NCBI RefSeq assembly: GCF_004010195.1
Contig: NC_057719.1
Span: 81,702,850 to 81,766,849 of the forward strand
Direction of reading: 5' to 3'
From: Chiloscyllium plagiosum
Taxonomy: Eukaryota
Length of the DNA stretch: 64,000 nucleotides
Position numbers and translations under genes: made by a program. Under the pieces are notes generated by a model, which did no database searches, was not told where the DNA came from, and saw only the letters and a list, made by a program, of their open reading frames with translations. Positions 1 through 13,859 of this stretch are shown here, piece by piece; position 1 is the stretch's first letter, and each line of letters starts with the position of its first letter.

Positions 1-170
1 TCCCTACCTTTTATCTTAGCCTGCTTGGCACACCCTCCTCATTCCTGAAGAAGGGCTTATGCCCGAAACGTCAATTCGCCTTCTCCTTTGATGCTGCCTG
101 ACCTCCTGCGCTTTTCCAGCAACACATTTTTAAGCTCTGATCTCCAGCATCTGCAGTCCTCACTTTCTCC
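1..170 (+). mobile_element. Penelope-like element 3' end (pLTR plus tail), truncated by the window edge
   Basis: Matches the copies at 36171, 38700, 47991 and 61309; carries the hammerhead motif and the tail GATCTCCAGCATCTGCAGTCCTCACTTTCTCC. Confidence 0.8.
45..72 (+). ncRNA. Minimal hammerhead ribozyme motif (PLE type)
   Basis: CTGAAGA-A-GGGC-TTAT-GCCC-GAAACGTC: core boxes, 4-bp stem II, palindromic ACGT stem III, GTC cleavage triplet. Confidence 0.7.
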
Positions 171-172
171 TA

Positions 173-1388
173 GCCACCTACTCCCAGAATACTACAGTCG
201 AACGGTCCACAATCATCGCGCCTCGGAGCACTACAACCACCACATTCACCTCAACTGAGAGCACTACATTCACAATGTCCACAATCTCACTGCCAAAGGG
301 CATTACAGTCACATTGTCGACAATTACCAGCCATAAAACACAATGGGCATACTGTCCACAATCGCCCCACCTCACAGCATCACTGTCACACTACTGACAA
401 TGACCTTGCCTCATGGTACTACAGTCACATTGTCCACAGTCACCCACCTTAGAGCATTATAGTCACATGGTCAACTATCACCCAATCTCAGGATACTTAT
501 AGCCACAATTCCACAATCACCCCACCTGAGAGTGCTATAGTCACATATCCACAATCACTCAATCATACACCACTACAGTCACATGGCCCACAATGACCCC
601 ATCTCACAGCACCGCTGTCAGACTGCCCATGGTTATTCAACCTCAGAGCACTACAGTCATACCCTCCACAAACACCCTGTCTGAAGCACTGCGTTCAAAC
701 ATCACCCCACAATCACCCCATGCTCACAGCACGAGTTACACTGCCCATAATCACCATGCCAGAGAACACTACAATCACACTGTCCACCATTACTGCTCCT
801 CAGAGCATTACAGTCACTGTCTAAAATATCCCACCTCAGAGACCTACAATTACTCTGACAACAGTCATCCTGACTCACCGTGTTACAGTCATACTGCCAG
901 TCACCCTGCCTCACAGCATTACTGTCACAGTTCCCACAGTCACACTGCCTCATTATTACAATCAACCTGCATCACTGCACTAGTCACACTGTCCATAACC
1001 ATCATGCCACAGAGCACTACAGTCACTGTTCCTAAATTCACCTTGCTTCAGATCACTACAGTTCCACTCTCCACTATCAGACCACCTCAGAGAACTATAG
1101 CCACACTGGAAACAAGTCATCCTGATACACAGCACTGGAGTCACACCATCCATATTCACCCACCAGAGCATTAGTCATACTGTACCCAGTCACACCACCT
1201 CACAGCACTACAGTAAAACTGTCCACAATCACTCGCCTCACAGCACTACAATCACACTGCCCACAATCCATCCTGCCTCAAAATAATAGTCAAACCAGCC
1301 ACATTCATGCAGCCTCAGAGTACAGTCACCCAGATTCAAAGCACTGCAGTCATACTCTCAAGCCATCCTGACTCACACTGTCCCCAAT
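173..1388. repeat. Degenerate 39-bp tandem satellite
   Basis: Unit approximately CAGAGCACTACAGTCACACTGTCCACAATCACCCCACCT; CCTCA-like anchors at 370, 409, 447, 486, 525. Confidence 0.85.
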
Positions 1389-1389
1389 C

Positions 1390-2000
1390 GTAGAATTTTA
1401 CAGAAGAAGGCCATTTGACCTATCATGTCTGAACAACCTCCTGAAACAGCTCATCCCACTCTCCAGCCCTATCTCCGTAGGCCTCCTACTACATCCCTTT
1501 CAAACAGATATGTCCAGCTCTCTTTTGAAACCTCTCATGGAATGTGCTTTTGCCATTCTCCCAGACAGTACGTTCCAATACCTGAGTAAAGAAGTGTCTC
1601 CTCATCTCACCCCTAGCTCTCTTGCTGACCCCTAGTCACTGACATACCAACTAATGGAAACAGAATATCCTTCTTTACTGTCAAAATTGTTCATAGTTTT
1701 GAGCACCTCAATAAGAGTCACCTTTTAAGCTTCCGTACTCCAATGAAAACCAAGCCCAATCTTCCAAATCATTCCTTGTATCTAATATCCTTCATTCCTG
1801 CTATCATTCTAGTAAATCCCATTTGAAGTCTCTCCAGGGTTTTGATATCCTTCATTAAATAGAGCGCATTACCTCACATTTCACTGCATTGAAATTCATC
1901 TGCCGAGTGTCTGCCCATTTGGCCAACTTGCCAATGTCTCTCTGAAGTCGTTCAGCATCATCCTCACAATTCACTATTCTCCCTAGCTTCTATCATCTGC
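1390..2000 (-). mobile_element. Old CR1-type LINE 3' fragment
   Basis: Reverse complement resembles a decayed CR1 RT C-terminus and 3' UTR; interrupts the satellite. Confidence 0.55.
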
Positions 2001-2349
2001 AACCCTCTGGCACTTCACGCAGGTGAGATTGTCCTGGATGTCTTGTGGACCCAAAGCCTCCCACATTTTACATGCCTCACACATCACAAGCTTTGCCAGA
2101 GCCTCTGCCATCTTTACTGGTCAAAATGATGCATGCTGCTGAGGTTCGGTTGTTTCTAAACTGCCAACAATTTTCCAACACAGTCTTTCTCTCTCTCTTT
2201 TGGTCCAAGGAGGAGGGATGTAGGGAGACACTACAGTAATGTAATGTTTGGGACCTCACTGTCCTTGGAAACTAAGTCTCTGGCAATCCTGTCTCTGGTC
2301 GCGGTGACTGAGCTGACTTTTCCCAGAGTCCTCCGCATTTGTGCCCTCT

Positions 2350-2648
2350 GCATCACCACCACTCAGGTCACAACAGTCATACAGTCTACAGCACTGCAGT
2401 CACACTATGAACAATCACCACACCTCAAAGCTCAAGAGACACACTGCCCATAGTCGCCTTGTCTCAGAGCACTGCAGTCACACTGTCCACAGTCATCCTG
2501 CCTCAGGGCTCCATTCACACTGCCTGTCACCCTGCCTCACAGTACTATAGTCACACTGCCCACAGTCACCGTGTCTCACAGCACCATGTCACAATGCCTG
2601 CTGTTACATTGCCTCAGAGTACTACAGTCACACTGCCGACAGTCATGC
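2350..2648. repeat. Continuation of the 39-bp satellite
   Basis: Same CAGTCACACTG(T/C)CCACAGTC units. Confidence 0.8.
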
Positions 2649-2710
2649 ATCTTGCTGAGATCGGAGATTCTCCACTACTTTCCTTTTATTTGCCTCAGGT
2701 GTTGAGCATG

Positions 2711-2893
2711 GTCAGGCAGCATCTAGGGAACAGGAGAATCGATGTTTCGGGCATTAGCCCTTCTTCAGGAAAGAAGAAGGGCTAATGCCCGAAACGTCGA
2801 TTCTCCTGTTCCCTAGATGCTGCCTGACCTGCTGCGCTTTTCCAGCAACACATTTCCATCTCTGATCTCCAGCATCTGCAGACCTCACTTTCT
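2711..2893 (+). mobile_element. Short PLE insertion with inverted arm and 18-bp TSD
   Basis: TSD CCTCAGGTGTTGAGCATG at 2693-2710 and 2894-2911; left arm 2711-2768 is the reverse complement of the right arm; hammerhead motif on - at 2741-2768. Confidence 0.85.
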
Positions 2894-4183
2894 CCTCAGG
2901 TGTTGAGCATGCCAATTAATTTGCTTTCTATCAGTTCGGACTCAGAGGTGGGTTGCATGAGAGAGCCCTCCCATTGCGTCTTCTTGATGCTTCTTATCTT
3001 CAACCCTACCTCTATGGAGCCAGAAGGGAAAAGGTGGTGAGAGGGTTTTGGGGAAACAGAGGAAACAGGACAAAGTGTGAATGAGATTGCAGGCAGCAGA
3101 GTTCAGGTTGAATTTAACTTTATGGCATGGGAAGACAAAGTTGGGAGTGATAAATAGGCACATTAATTGACTGTACAGAACAGCTGGGGTAAATGTGTAT
3201 GGCTGAGCGAGTTAGCTGGGGTAGATAGAGAATGGTGGCTGATTCTGCAAGCACATAAAGAAGTATGCCTCAGAAGGTTGATGCAATGAATGAGTTAATA
3301 TTGACTAGAAGAGTTATTTAACATTTTAGTTTGTAGTGAGTAAAGTAATCCAATAAATAGGCAATTTCAACTGATCACACAAACATTTTAACAAAGTGGA
3401 AATTAAAATCACTTGATCTCTACTACGACCAGGCTTTCCAAACAACATTTCTTAAGGTCAGCAGATCGCTTTCTGTCTGCATCTAAACATATTATAATTA
3501 ATCCCGTGGCTATTGGATTGAATCAGCAACACTGAGATCACAAATTCAGCGAGAGGGGCTCTAAGAAGCTCTTTTGGCATTGACGATGTCTAAATCCCCG
3601 CAGCATCACCACCGTGGGCATTTGCCTTGACCAGAGATTTAAACCGGTTGGATAAATAAATAGTGACCACAGAATCAGGTCAGAAGTAGGCAATTCTGAA
3701 CCAAACAAGTCACTCCCTCAGTTCACAAGCTCTCTTTGTCAGGAATGTGTTGAAAATATTTTCTGAAGATTGCTGTTCTAACACCATTCAAAAAGCTCCA
3801 TCTGAAGGACATTGGTAACTTAACCACCCTCTTACATAATCACTCCCTCCAGTACAGGGAACCATGGTTGCAGTGTGCATCATATATAGCATCATATACA
3901 ATGTGCAAGTTGGCCGGCTTCTTGGGTAATACCTCCCATTAGTCAAGGCATCTATTGCCTTCAAGAAGTGGGTCAACAGCTGCATGGAGAACTCGCTACT
4001 TGCGAACCCCTGTCCAACTCACACACCACCCTAATTAAATCGCTATTCCTTCACTGCCACAGTATTACAATCTTAAAATGTCCATCCCAACTGCAGCATG
4101 GATTTGTCTACGCTACATGGGCTGCAGTGGTTCAAGAAGGCGGCTCACCATCACCTTCTCAAGAGTAATTGGCCATGGGTAAT

Positions 4184-4596
4184 AAGTGCAGCCTTGCCAG
4201 AAAAGTACAAAAATGTCTTTTTTTTGACAATTGTGAAAGTTAAATTTTATAAATTTGGTAAGATGCAAGCTGCTATCTGGACATGATTACTAGGCTGTTT
4301 ATGACAAATACCAAAGAATCCCTAATTGTGGAAATAGGCCATTTAGCCCAACAAGTCCATGACTACTAGGCTGTTTATGACAAATACCAAAGAATCCCTA
4401 ATTGTGGAAATAGGCCATTAAAGTGCAGCCTTGCCAGAAAAGTACAAAAATTTCTTTTTTTTGACAATTGTGAAAGTTAAATTTTATAAATTTGGTAAGA
4501 TGCAAGCTGCTATCTGGACATGACTACTAGGCTGTTTATGACAAATACCAAAGAATCCCTAATTGTGGAAATAGGCCATTTAGCCCAACAAGTCCA
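4184..4596. repeat. Complex near-identical local duplication (about 175 bp, 60 bp partial, 175 bp)
   Basis: 4184-4359 repeats at 4421-4596; 4361-4419 is a third partial copy. Confidence 0.9.
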
Positions 4597-4882
4597 CATT
4601 GACCTTCTGAAGCGTATTCCACCCAGACCAATACCCCTACCATATCCCTATAACCCTGCATTTTTCCTATGTCTAATGCACCTAACTCACACATACCTGA
4701 ACACTATGGGCAACTTAGCTTGGCCAATCTACCTAGCCTTACATCTTTGGACTGTGGGAGGGAACCAGAACACCTGGAGGAAACCCACGGAGACACGGGG
4801 AGAATATACAAACACCACACAGAGAGTATCCAAGGCTGGAATCGAACCTGTGCCCCTGGCACAGTGAGGCGGCAGTGTCACC
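4565..4882 (-). mobile_element. HE1-type (V-SINE) tRNA-derived SINE
   Basis: Reverse-complement similarity to 48519-48837, including the V-domain (TGGACTGTGGGAGG...GAAACCCACG). Confidence 0.8.
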
Positions 4883-5159
4883 TGTGTTTTCCTCCTGCCT
4901 GAACTGTCCTACATGTGACTCCACTTTTCTCATGCTACGTTCTGTTGTAATCGCTACAACATTCAAACACAAACAGAAGTCAACATGGTGTCATTTGTGG
5001 AGGATGGGATGATCATTTGAGGATGGAGAGGAGACTTACAAGAACAATACCAAAGCTTAAGGACTTCAGTTCCACAGAGAAGTTGAGATCATTCTCCTTA
5101 GAATAGAGAAAGTTAAGGATAAACATAATGCAACTAGAAAACTAGACGGATTTTGATGA

Positions 5160-6770
5160 AGTGAAAATGCAAAGACAAAGATAAAACATTTGTAACAATC
5201 TTCGGCCAGAGCTTCTGGATGAACAATTTCAGCCTCCTCCAAAACGTTACCAGCATCATACATTCTGGTCATATGGTTTTCAGTCCATGTGGCACAGGAT
5301 ACTACAAAGGCTATGGGTCCTGATAACATTCTGACAATAGTACTGAAGACTCCACGTGCCGTACCCCTCGCCAAGCAGTTCCAGTACAGCTATAATGCAG
5401 GCATCTACTGAGTAATGTGGAAATTTGCCTGGGTAGGTCGTATACATAAAATGCAGATCAAATCCAATCCAGTCAATTACCACACCATCAGTCTACTCTC
5501 CATCATCAAAGTATGGAGGTCATGAACTGAGATAATTAATGTCACTTACACAGTAATAAATAGTTCACTGATACTCAATTCAAGCTTTGTCAGCTACTAG
5601 GCTCCTGATCACATTACAGCCTTCCTTCAAATATTGCCAAGATAGCTAAATTCCAGAGCTGAGGTGAAAGTGACTACCCTTGACGTCAAGGCTGTGTTTG
5701 ACAGAGTGTGGCATCAAGGAGACTTAGGAAAACTGGAGTCCATGGGAATCAGGTGGAAAACTCTGACTGGCGTGATACCTGTCACAAAGCAAGATGGTTT
5801 TGGTTGATACAGGTCTCTGACATCTCTCAGGAGTTCCTTAGGGTAGTGTCTTAGGCTCAATCATCTTCCATTGCTTCATCAATAGCCTTTGCTCCATCCT
5901 AAGCTTGGAAGTGGGTACATTCCCTGATAATTGCACAATGTTCAGCACCATTTGCAAATCTTCAGGTACAGGCGTAGTCTATATCCAACTGCAGCAAGAC
6001 CTGGACAATATCCAGGTTTAAGGTAATGAATGGCAAGAAATATTCACAACATACAAGTTCCAGGCAATGACCACCTCGAGCAAGAGAAAATCTAACTAGC
6101 ATCTCTTGACATTCAACATTACCGTCGCTGAATCCCCACTTCCAAATTCTGCAACTTAATTAACCAAAAATTGAATTAGACCAACTATATTAATAGTGTT
6201 GCTCTTAAGAGCAGATGAGAAGCTAGGAACACTGCAGCAAGTAACTCACCTCCTGATTCCCCAAAGCCTGCTTATCATATGAGGCACAACTCAGGAGTGT
6301 GGAATAATTCCCACTTGCCTGGATGGGTTCAGCTTCAATTACACGCAAAAAGCTTAACACCATGCAGGACAAAGCAATTTATTTGATTGGCATCACACCC
6401 TCTTGAAAAAATTGACACCCCTCAACACCAACACTCAGCCTCAATGGTGTGTGTGTGTGCGCGTGAGAGTGAGCGAGGGATCTACATAACGCACTGCAGA
6501 AATTCACCAACGCTCCTTGAACAGCACCTGCCAAACCCACAGCCTCTGCCACAGAGAAAGAGAAGAACAGCAGATACATGGGCATACCACCACCTGCAAG
6601 TCCCCCTCTGAGCTACACAACTTCTGACTTGGAAATATATCACTATTCCTTCACTGTCATTGGGCCAAAATCCTGGAACTCACTTCCTAATAGTACTGTA
6701 GATGTCCCTAACCCAAACACCACAGCAGTCCATGAGTGCAGTTCGCCAACACATTCTCAAGGGTAAATAT
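5160..6770 (+). mobile_element. Decayed LINE (CR1/L2 group, second family): RT and 3' end
   Basis: RT motif LDVKAVFDRVWHQG near 5680-5720 and GVP*GSVLG near 5830; many stops and frameshifts; homologous pieces at 33885, 41785, 47845, 50630, 55490, 60725. Confidence 0.75.
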
Positions 6771-8379
6771 GACAGGAAAGTGTTGCTTCTGGCAGGAGGT
6801 TTGATAGTCAGAAAATAGAGAAGTGACAAAAGGTCTAGGATGACATAAGGAGAATTCTTTTAACATAAGTTGTTCTGATATGGAATCTCAACCTCCTAAG
6901 ATGCCACATAGAAAGGACTTCTACAGCATTGAATGACACTGTACTCAACTCAAAGGAAAACATGAGTTGTAAATTAGATAAAGAAACTGTACTGACAAGT
7001 CAATAGTCACAAGATACCAACTGCCTGTTTCTCCATTAGAAATAAACAAATCTCTGGAGTAGCAAACAAGAGATGATAAACAACTTACTTTGTTTACAGA
7101 TTCCATATTTGTATTGGGAAACTTCACTCACAAAAAATAGTTTGATACCATCAGAACCCCTCGATTAGCTAAGAGCCTGTAACTCACTCTCAGGTATTTC
7201 CAACTCTCAACATTGTGCAAGTGTTAAATTAGTTTGTCAGAACTGAAAAGTTTTGCTTTCAGAAGTGATTACAAACATAATATGCTGTTAAAATTCCAGA
7301 TCCTCCCATGTCAACACAATCCAACTTTTCCAACAGCTTTTGCAGCAGAAGTAAAAGCATAAAATGGTAAATTCACATTAATTCAGTGATTAGTACTTGA
7401 TTGTGTCTGAGATTTTCAATAATGCACTGACATCACCTTATGTGCAAATTCCACAGATTATTATCAGTTTTCAAAAGATAGGGTTAGGACAATGACAGCA
7501 ATGCTGATTTATAAAAGGTAATTGCTGCCACAGGTTCTGAGTCTATGTGCTCATTTCCTAACCATTTGCCAATTGTTAAACACTGCATACTACACTAGCA
7601 GAATAGAGTACAATTATGCATTGCACTCAGGGCCATCACACCATCAAAACATTACAGGGTGTAAATGGAGTTCCACTTTATAATGAGCCCTAATTCAGAG
7701 TGTGGAACATTAACACTTAACAAAGACAGCACAGTAAATCTTGAGATTGCAGTGGTGGCCCTGCAAGGCAAAACCAATTGTAAGGATAGGCATATGAAGC
7801 ATGTGAGAGGCAATCGGAAAGATACAAATGACCTATTGACCAATGATATCATGGGCCTATTTTTCAAATAGGCGTGTACAAACTTGAAGAATTTCAATTA
7901 TCTGCATTATGAACTTTTTCTATCACTCTAACAAAATAGCAACAGCTCAATTGTTCTCTTCATTCTTTCATAATCTCTCAAGATTCATTCAGAATCATCC
8001 AGAACTAGAGGACAGAGGCAAGAAACAAAGATATGTTAGCCTAAAAGCAGTCAGGCATGAGCAATAACTGGTAGCCTTGCCGATGATGCCTTCATCCCAT
8101 GAACAGTTAAAAAAAGATCATGTAACATTTCCTGGGTTAAATTTCAGCTCCTCTCAAGGAGCTGATTTATATTTTGATTTTCTTTCCGTCTACCCAAAAC
8201 ATTCTTCACCCTCAAAGTTTTGAAATAATTCTCCAGTGGTTACGTGAGGCCGGAACCTGCTTTAGTATTGATCACATCTTGCAAGACTTTATGTGACAAA
8301 TAACACTGTCTCAAAATGTTTCGTCTCTCCCTTTAGAAACTCAGGTGAAGGTTTCAACCATGGCTCTATTAGACTTCCT

Positions 8380-8735
8380 TGTGAGCCAGAAGGCCATAGG
8401 CTAAACCCCTTCAGAATTTTAAGGCCATATTCAGGCTGACATCCTCAGTGCAATGCTGGGGCAAGTGTTGCACTGTCAGAGGTACAATGTTTTTATCAGA
8501 TATTAAAACTGAGGCTGTGTTTGTCTCGCAGGTGATTGTAAAGGATTCTGTGACATTCTTTTGGAGAAGAGAGCATTCTCCTTGGTATCTTTGTCAATAT
8601 TAATCCCTGAATTCAATTCACTAAAACAGACCATTTAATCATTATGGTGGCGCTGTTTGTGGACCCCTGTCATGTAGACATTGGCTGCCAAGTTTCCAAC
8701 ATTACGACAGCAGCAATGCTTCAGAAGTACTGAAT
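8380..8735 (+). mobile_element. Deu-domain SINE (SacSINE1/AmnSINE1-like), old
   Basis: CAGGCTGACA..CAGTGCA..TGCACTGTCAGAGGT..TTAAAACTGAGG..TAAAGGATTC..ATTGGCTGCC..TTTCCAACATTAC. Confidence 0.65.
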
Positions 8736-9164
8736 CAAAAAGGAATTGGGGCATAAGAGTGAATAAGCTACAGTATATTTACATCGGGCTTTGAGGAGAC
8801 TACAAAATAAAGGTTGGTCTCCTCTTCTAAGAAAACATATACTCCTCTTAGAGGGAGAACAACTAAGATTCATAAGACTGATTCCTCTTGGGTGAGATAG
8901 AACGAACTAAAGTAAAATTCCTTGGAGTGTGAAAGGGGTGATCGAATTGAAACATAACACATAGGTTTGACAGAGTAGATGCTCGCAAGACAACTTCCCT
9001 TCTAGGGAACTTTAACAAGGAAACATAATAAGGGAGTGGCCTATTAGGACTGAGATGAGGATGAATCTCTTCATTCAAAAGGCTTGAATCGTTGGGATTC
9101 TCTACCCCAAAGTGCCTTGGTGGCAAGTCATTGAATATGTGCAAGACAGCGATTGATAGATCAA

Positions 9165-9530
9165 CATTATTATAGTACCGGTAATCCAGAGGCCAAGGGT
9201 AATGCTCTAGGGATGTGGGACCAAATCCCACCATGAGAGATGGTTAAATTGGAATTCAATAGGATATGGAATTAAAACAGAAGTAGCCTAATGATGACCA
9301 CATAACCATTGTTGTAAAATCCCATCTGGTTCACAGAGTCATTTACATTAGAAAATCTGCCATTCTTATCAAATCTGATATGGTCTTGTCTGTGGATCCA
9401 GACCACAGACGTGTGGTTGACTCTTACTCACCCTTTGAAATGACCTGGAGAACTAATTGGTTCAAGGGCGATTAGGGATAGGCATAAAAAATGCTGGGCT
9501 TACTGCATCCTGTGTACGAATGAAAAAAAT
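9165..9530 (+). mobile_element. tRNA-derived SINE (third family)
   Basis: Homologous to the reverse complement of 29478-29808 (CAAATCCCACCATG..., AAATCTGCCATTCTTA..., GTGTGGTTGACTCTTA). Confidence 0.6.
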
Positions 9531-10062
9531 CTTAGTGAGGGAATTGTGGATATGGGGATAGTGTAGGGAAGGGGAGTTGAGTTAAAGGATCAGCTCTGAT
9601 CTTTGCACAGCAGGCTCGAGATGAATTGCTTATTCTTCCTTCTATTTCTAATGTACTTAATTAGCTTTGAAAAGTTTTGGCATGACACCATGTAAAGCTA
9701 TCATACACTAAAAATAAAAGATGATTGAGTAACTAGACAGCAGAAATGATTTACTGGACCAGCATAAAATGAAATGGCAAAAGGAAAACTACAGTCAAAC
9801 AAGCAATCAGCCTGGACTCAGGAAAAAATACAAATCATTCAGTATGGTATTATTTAAAATAGGTGATGTGAGAGGAGGAGAGATATCCAAACAGGTCCAT
9901 TATTGGTAGAGGAGAGGATTCTGACTAGCACTTTGGCTTCCTTCATTAGCCATTCTGAGCAAGGCCTACACACAATAAACATACATCTCCTACTGCCCAG
10001 CTTCAAATCTGCAGTTCCCCTCATTTTTTTTCTCCTTTTCCACCACTTTCTCTTATTTGCAT

Positions 10063-10710
10063 CATAGGCGGACAGCATAGTTAAGATGGTGTTTGTCATG
10101 TTTGCCTTCATTGCTCAGACCTTTGAGTACAGGAGTTGGAACGACATGTTGAGGTTGTACAGGATGTTGGTGAGGCCTCTTCTGGAGTACTGAGTCCAGT
10201 TCTGGTTGTCCAGTTATAGGAAAGATATTATTAAACTGGAGGAGTTTCAGAAAAGCTTTATCAGGATATTGCTGGGAATAGAGGGTCTGAGTTATAAAAA
10301 TAGGCTGGATAGGCTGGGACTCTTCTGATGGAATGTAGGAGGTTGAGGAGGTCACCTTAAAGAGGATCATAAAATCACGAGGGCTGTAGGTAAGGTGAAT
10401 AGCAAGGATCTTTTCCCTCAGGCCAGGATATTCAAAACAAGGGGGTATATTTTTTAGGTGAGAGGAGGAAGTTTTAAAAAGGACATGAGGGGCAACTTTT
10501 TTTAACACAGAGTGGTTCGTGTGTGGAATGAACTGCCAGAGTAAGTGATGGATGTAAATACAGTTACAACATTTAAAGACATTTGGATAGGTACATGAAT
10601 AGGAAGGATTTGAAGGAATATTGGTCAAATGCAGGCAAGTGGGACTAGTTTATTTTGGGAAAATGGTCAGCATGGACTAGTTGGACCATACTATACGACT
10701 CTATGACAAT
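10063..10710 (+). mobile_element. HER1/CR1 LINE 3' fragment
   Basis: RT C-terminus LYRMLVRPLLEY*VQFWL; 3' UTR ending in GACTCTATGAC. Confidence 0.85.
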
Positions 10711-11490
10711 GACTCTGTGACTGCTACCGATTCAATTCCACCACTTGTCCCTACCTTTTAGCAGTCCACGCAATTTTACCTTCATCGCTGTCTTCCCGTT
10801 TTATAGTAATGTCCCATCCAGTGTTCCACGTTACCTATCGTCACTCCACCCACACAATCTAACATAATTATGAGGATCAGGATCAGGCTGCATGGTTTTT
10901 TTTGGACAGTCTAAATAAGACTAGCTGAGTGGCCTCTTTTGGTGCTGTAAAGATTGTGCGATGAGCCCAATCGAGCTTGCCAATCCATCCATGAAATACC
11001 CTCACGGTTTTATGCAACACTGCGGGGATAGATTTTTGTCAGATACAATGCTTAGGGTTACAGAACCAGACTGGATAGAGGGAGTTAAGATTCAGATCAG
11101 CCATTACCTGAATGATAGCAAAGAACTGAACAGATGAATAGCTCATTCTTGTTTCTCTGTTCTGAAGCTCCCACCCTACTTCCTGTCGTTAGCTCCCCAT
11201 CTGCCATTAATGAGTTGTCGCTCCATTGTCCCATCTGATTGAACTTCACCCTGCTATTCCCCCTCTGGGGCTACCCCAACTCCTGTTGCATGAATTTGTA
11301 AATATTATGTTTGATAAACTTGGTGGAACATTTTAAGGATGTTACTAACAAATTGATAAAGGGGAATGATGGATATGGTAGACATTGTTTTGATCAACCT
11401 GATCAAGAGGTGATAGGCAATCCCCATTTCTTTAACGGTAAAAGGTTGGAAAGTGTAGATTTACAAACGACCAAGGTCTTTGCCAATAAG

Positions 11491-11700
11491 TCAGTGAAGC
11501 ACTATTGCCATCCCACTTACCTTTCCCCCAGTCCCACCCTCCTCCCCATATTTATTTCTCAGCCCCCTTTCCCTCCTCAGTCCTGATGAAGGGTCCTGCC
11601 CAAAATGTCGACTCTCCTCCTCCTCTGATGCTGCTTGACCTGTTGTGCTTTTACCAGCTCCATATTTTGTTGACTTTCCAGCACCCACAGTCCTCACTAT
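11491..11700 (+). mobile_element. Decayed PLE 3' fragment with hammerhead remnant
   Basis: AGTC-CTGATGAAGGGTCCTGCCCAAAATGTC-GACT near 11579-11614; stem I AGTC/GACT is visible. Confidence 0.65.
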
Positions 11701-13859
11701 GTCCAAATGAATTCAAATATGCAGGTAGAGCAAGCTATTGAGAAGGCTACTGGAATATTAGCCTTTATCACAAAAGGATTTTGTTTTATTCACTGGTGGG
11801 ATGTGGGCATTGCTGGCTGCGCCAGAATTTATCATCAATCCCTAGCTGCCCTTGAGGTGGTGAGCTGCTTTCTTGAACTGCTGCAGTCCATGTGCTGTAG
11901 GTAGACATATGGTGCCCTTAGGGAAGAAATTCCAGGACTTTTACCCAGTGATAGAGAAGAAACGGCTGTATAATTCAGGGGGAGTCCTAGAAGCTAGAAA
12001 ATCTGCAGTGGGAAAATACCGTGGGAGGTAGTCAGGACAAAGATAGATATCTGAACGAATGCCTTAGAGACGGCTACACACCAAGTCACCACCACTCAGG
12101 AACAGCAACAAGATGAAAAACTATTTACTGGGAAGGAAGGAAACATCGAAGAACAGTCTATGCCTGAGAGATGCCTGAGAGGAAAAGGACCGAGCACAAT
12201 TTGAATTTCACAATAGTGTAAGTAGTTAGACTCTGAGATTCCTCAATGCTTGTTTCACTAATACAGATTTGGGAATCAAATAACATGATTAATCAAAAAA
12301 GTAGAAGCCACAAATACATGATAGTCCCTTTTAAATCCAAGTAGAAGTTCAGGAGAAAAGGTCTCACTGAAAAAGTGGCAAGAATTTGGAACTCACCAAG
12401 GTTAGTTAAGGTAAATAGAGTTTGTATTTAGAGGAAATAATACATAAAAAGTACATAGAGATGTATTTAAAGGATAGCTACATCAGCTGGTAGGTGAGAA
12501 AGGAATGAAAGGACATACAGATAGGTTAGGAGAAGTAGGGTGAGAGGGGCTTTGGGAATGAGGGAAAATGTCATGGAGCATTAACATCGATTGGACTCAA
12601 TGAGATAAAGGGCCTGTTCCTGTGCTGTAAACTTTATATAACTAATTAATTAATTTAAATGAATAATTGATGTAATTCTAAATAATTTCAGCTAGGGATA
12701 TGACTGACAGTACACTTGGATTTTCAAAACAGGCTTTCTGACTGTGATGAAAAAAAAATCTTAAACTGTACATCAATGCAACTTTCAGTCCACTTTTCCT
12801 CTTGAAGTGCCCTCTCCAATTTTGTTGACATATTGAAAGGCAAGTTGATTCTAAGTTTTTGATTAAATTATGAGGTGACCATGTGATCTTGGTTGAGAGG
12901 AACACATGGGTCCTGCTAACAGTCGATCACTGTTCCCACCACTTTAATGAAAAATGCAAAATTACATGCCCATGCATTGCACATTTATATTGAGTTTCAA
13001 TAGAAGGGAATTAGCTGCACGTGTAGTCAATTTTATGCCTTTGTTTATGACCTTCTCTCAAAACAGCCCAATTTAAGTTGTCAAATGATGTCAATTAGAT
13101 TCCATGAAATCCACTAAGATGGCACGGGACAGATTAAGTAATTAAAATTAGTAGCTTCCAGCTACAGTGTGTCATCTAAACTGCACCCTTCTTACATCCG
13201 TCTCAGCCTCTCTCACCATGCTCACTGTTTTGTTCCAAACTCTATTCAGCAGTCACGATAATTATTATCAAATCAATATTGTTGTTAACCGTCATTCCTG
13301 AATGTACACAATGTGTTCATGGTGAATACAAAGTTCAAGAGAGTTCTGTTTTCTCTTGAAGAAGAAAATCCCTTTGTGAAAATATTCCAGCTGCAACAGT
13401 CGACTTAAGTCAGATACCATCAGCAGAGATCAGTTTTTAAGAGATTCACCAAAAGAAGTAAGAGAGAATCATAGGAGGGAATCCAATGTTAAGCAGGGCA
13501 GTGTGGAGGTCTAAGTGAGGGACAACAGGATGCAAGATGAAGATTACTCTGTCACAACACAGTATCAATCATCCTCACAGGAATAAAATATACAAAATAT
13601 TTAATATATTTTAAAATATTTTAATAGAAATAAAATATCATACAAAAGCACAGATAGGCTAATTAGCCATTCAAGCTTGCTCTGCCCCACCATGAGGGCT
13701 GTAATCTAACTCCACTTATCCTCATGTACGCCACATCTCTAAATACTCTCATTTAAGAAATATCTTCTAATTATAGATCAATGGAACATCATTTGCCACT
13801 TTCAGGAGAAGCTTTCTGAACTTCTACCATCCTTGACAGGCAAACTTGAAATTCCAAAT

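Noticed and set aside
593..1174. 193-aa His/Thr/Ser-rich ORF as a protein
   Set aside because: It is a product of the 39-bp satellite and its register shifts between repeat frames.
173..1388. CRISPR-like array
   Set aside because: The units are contiguous degenerate tandem repeats without unique spacers; vertebrate context and no cas genes.
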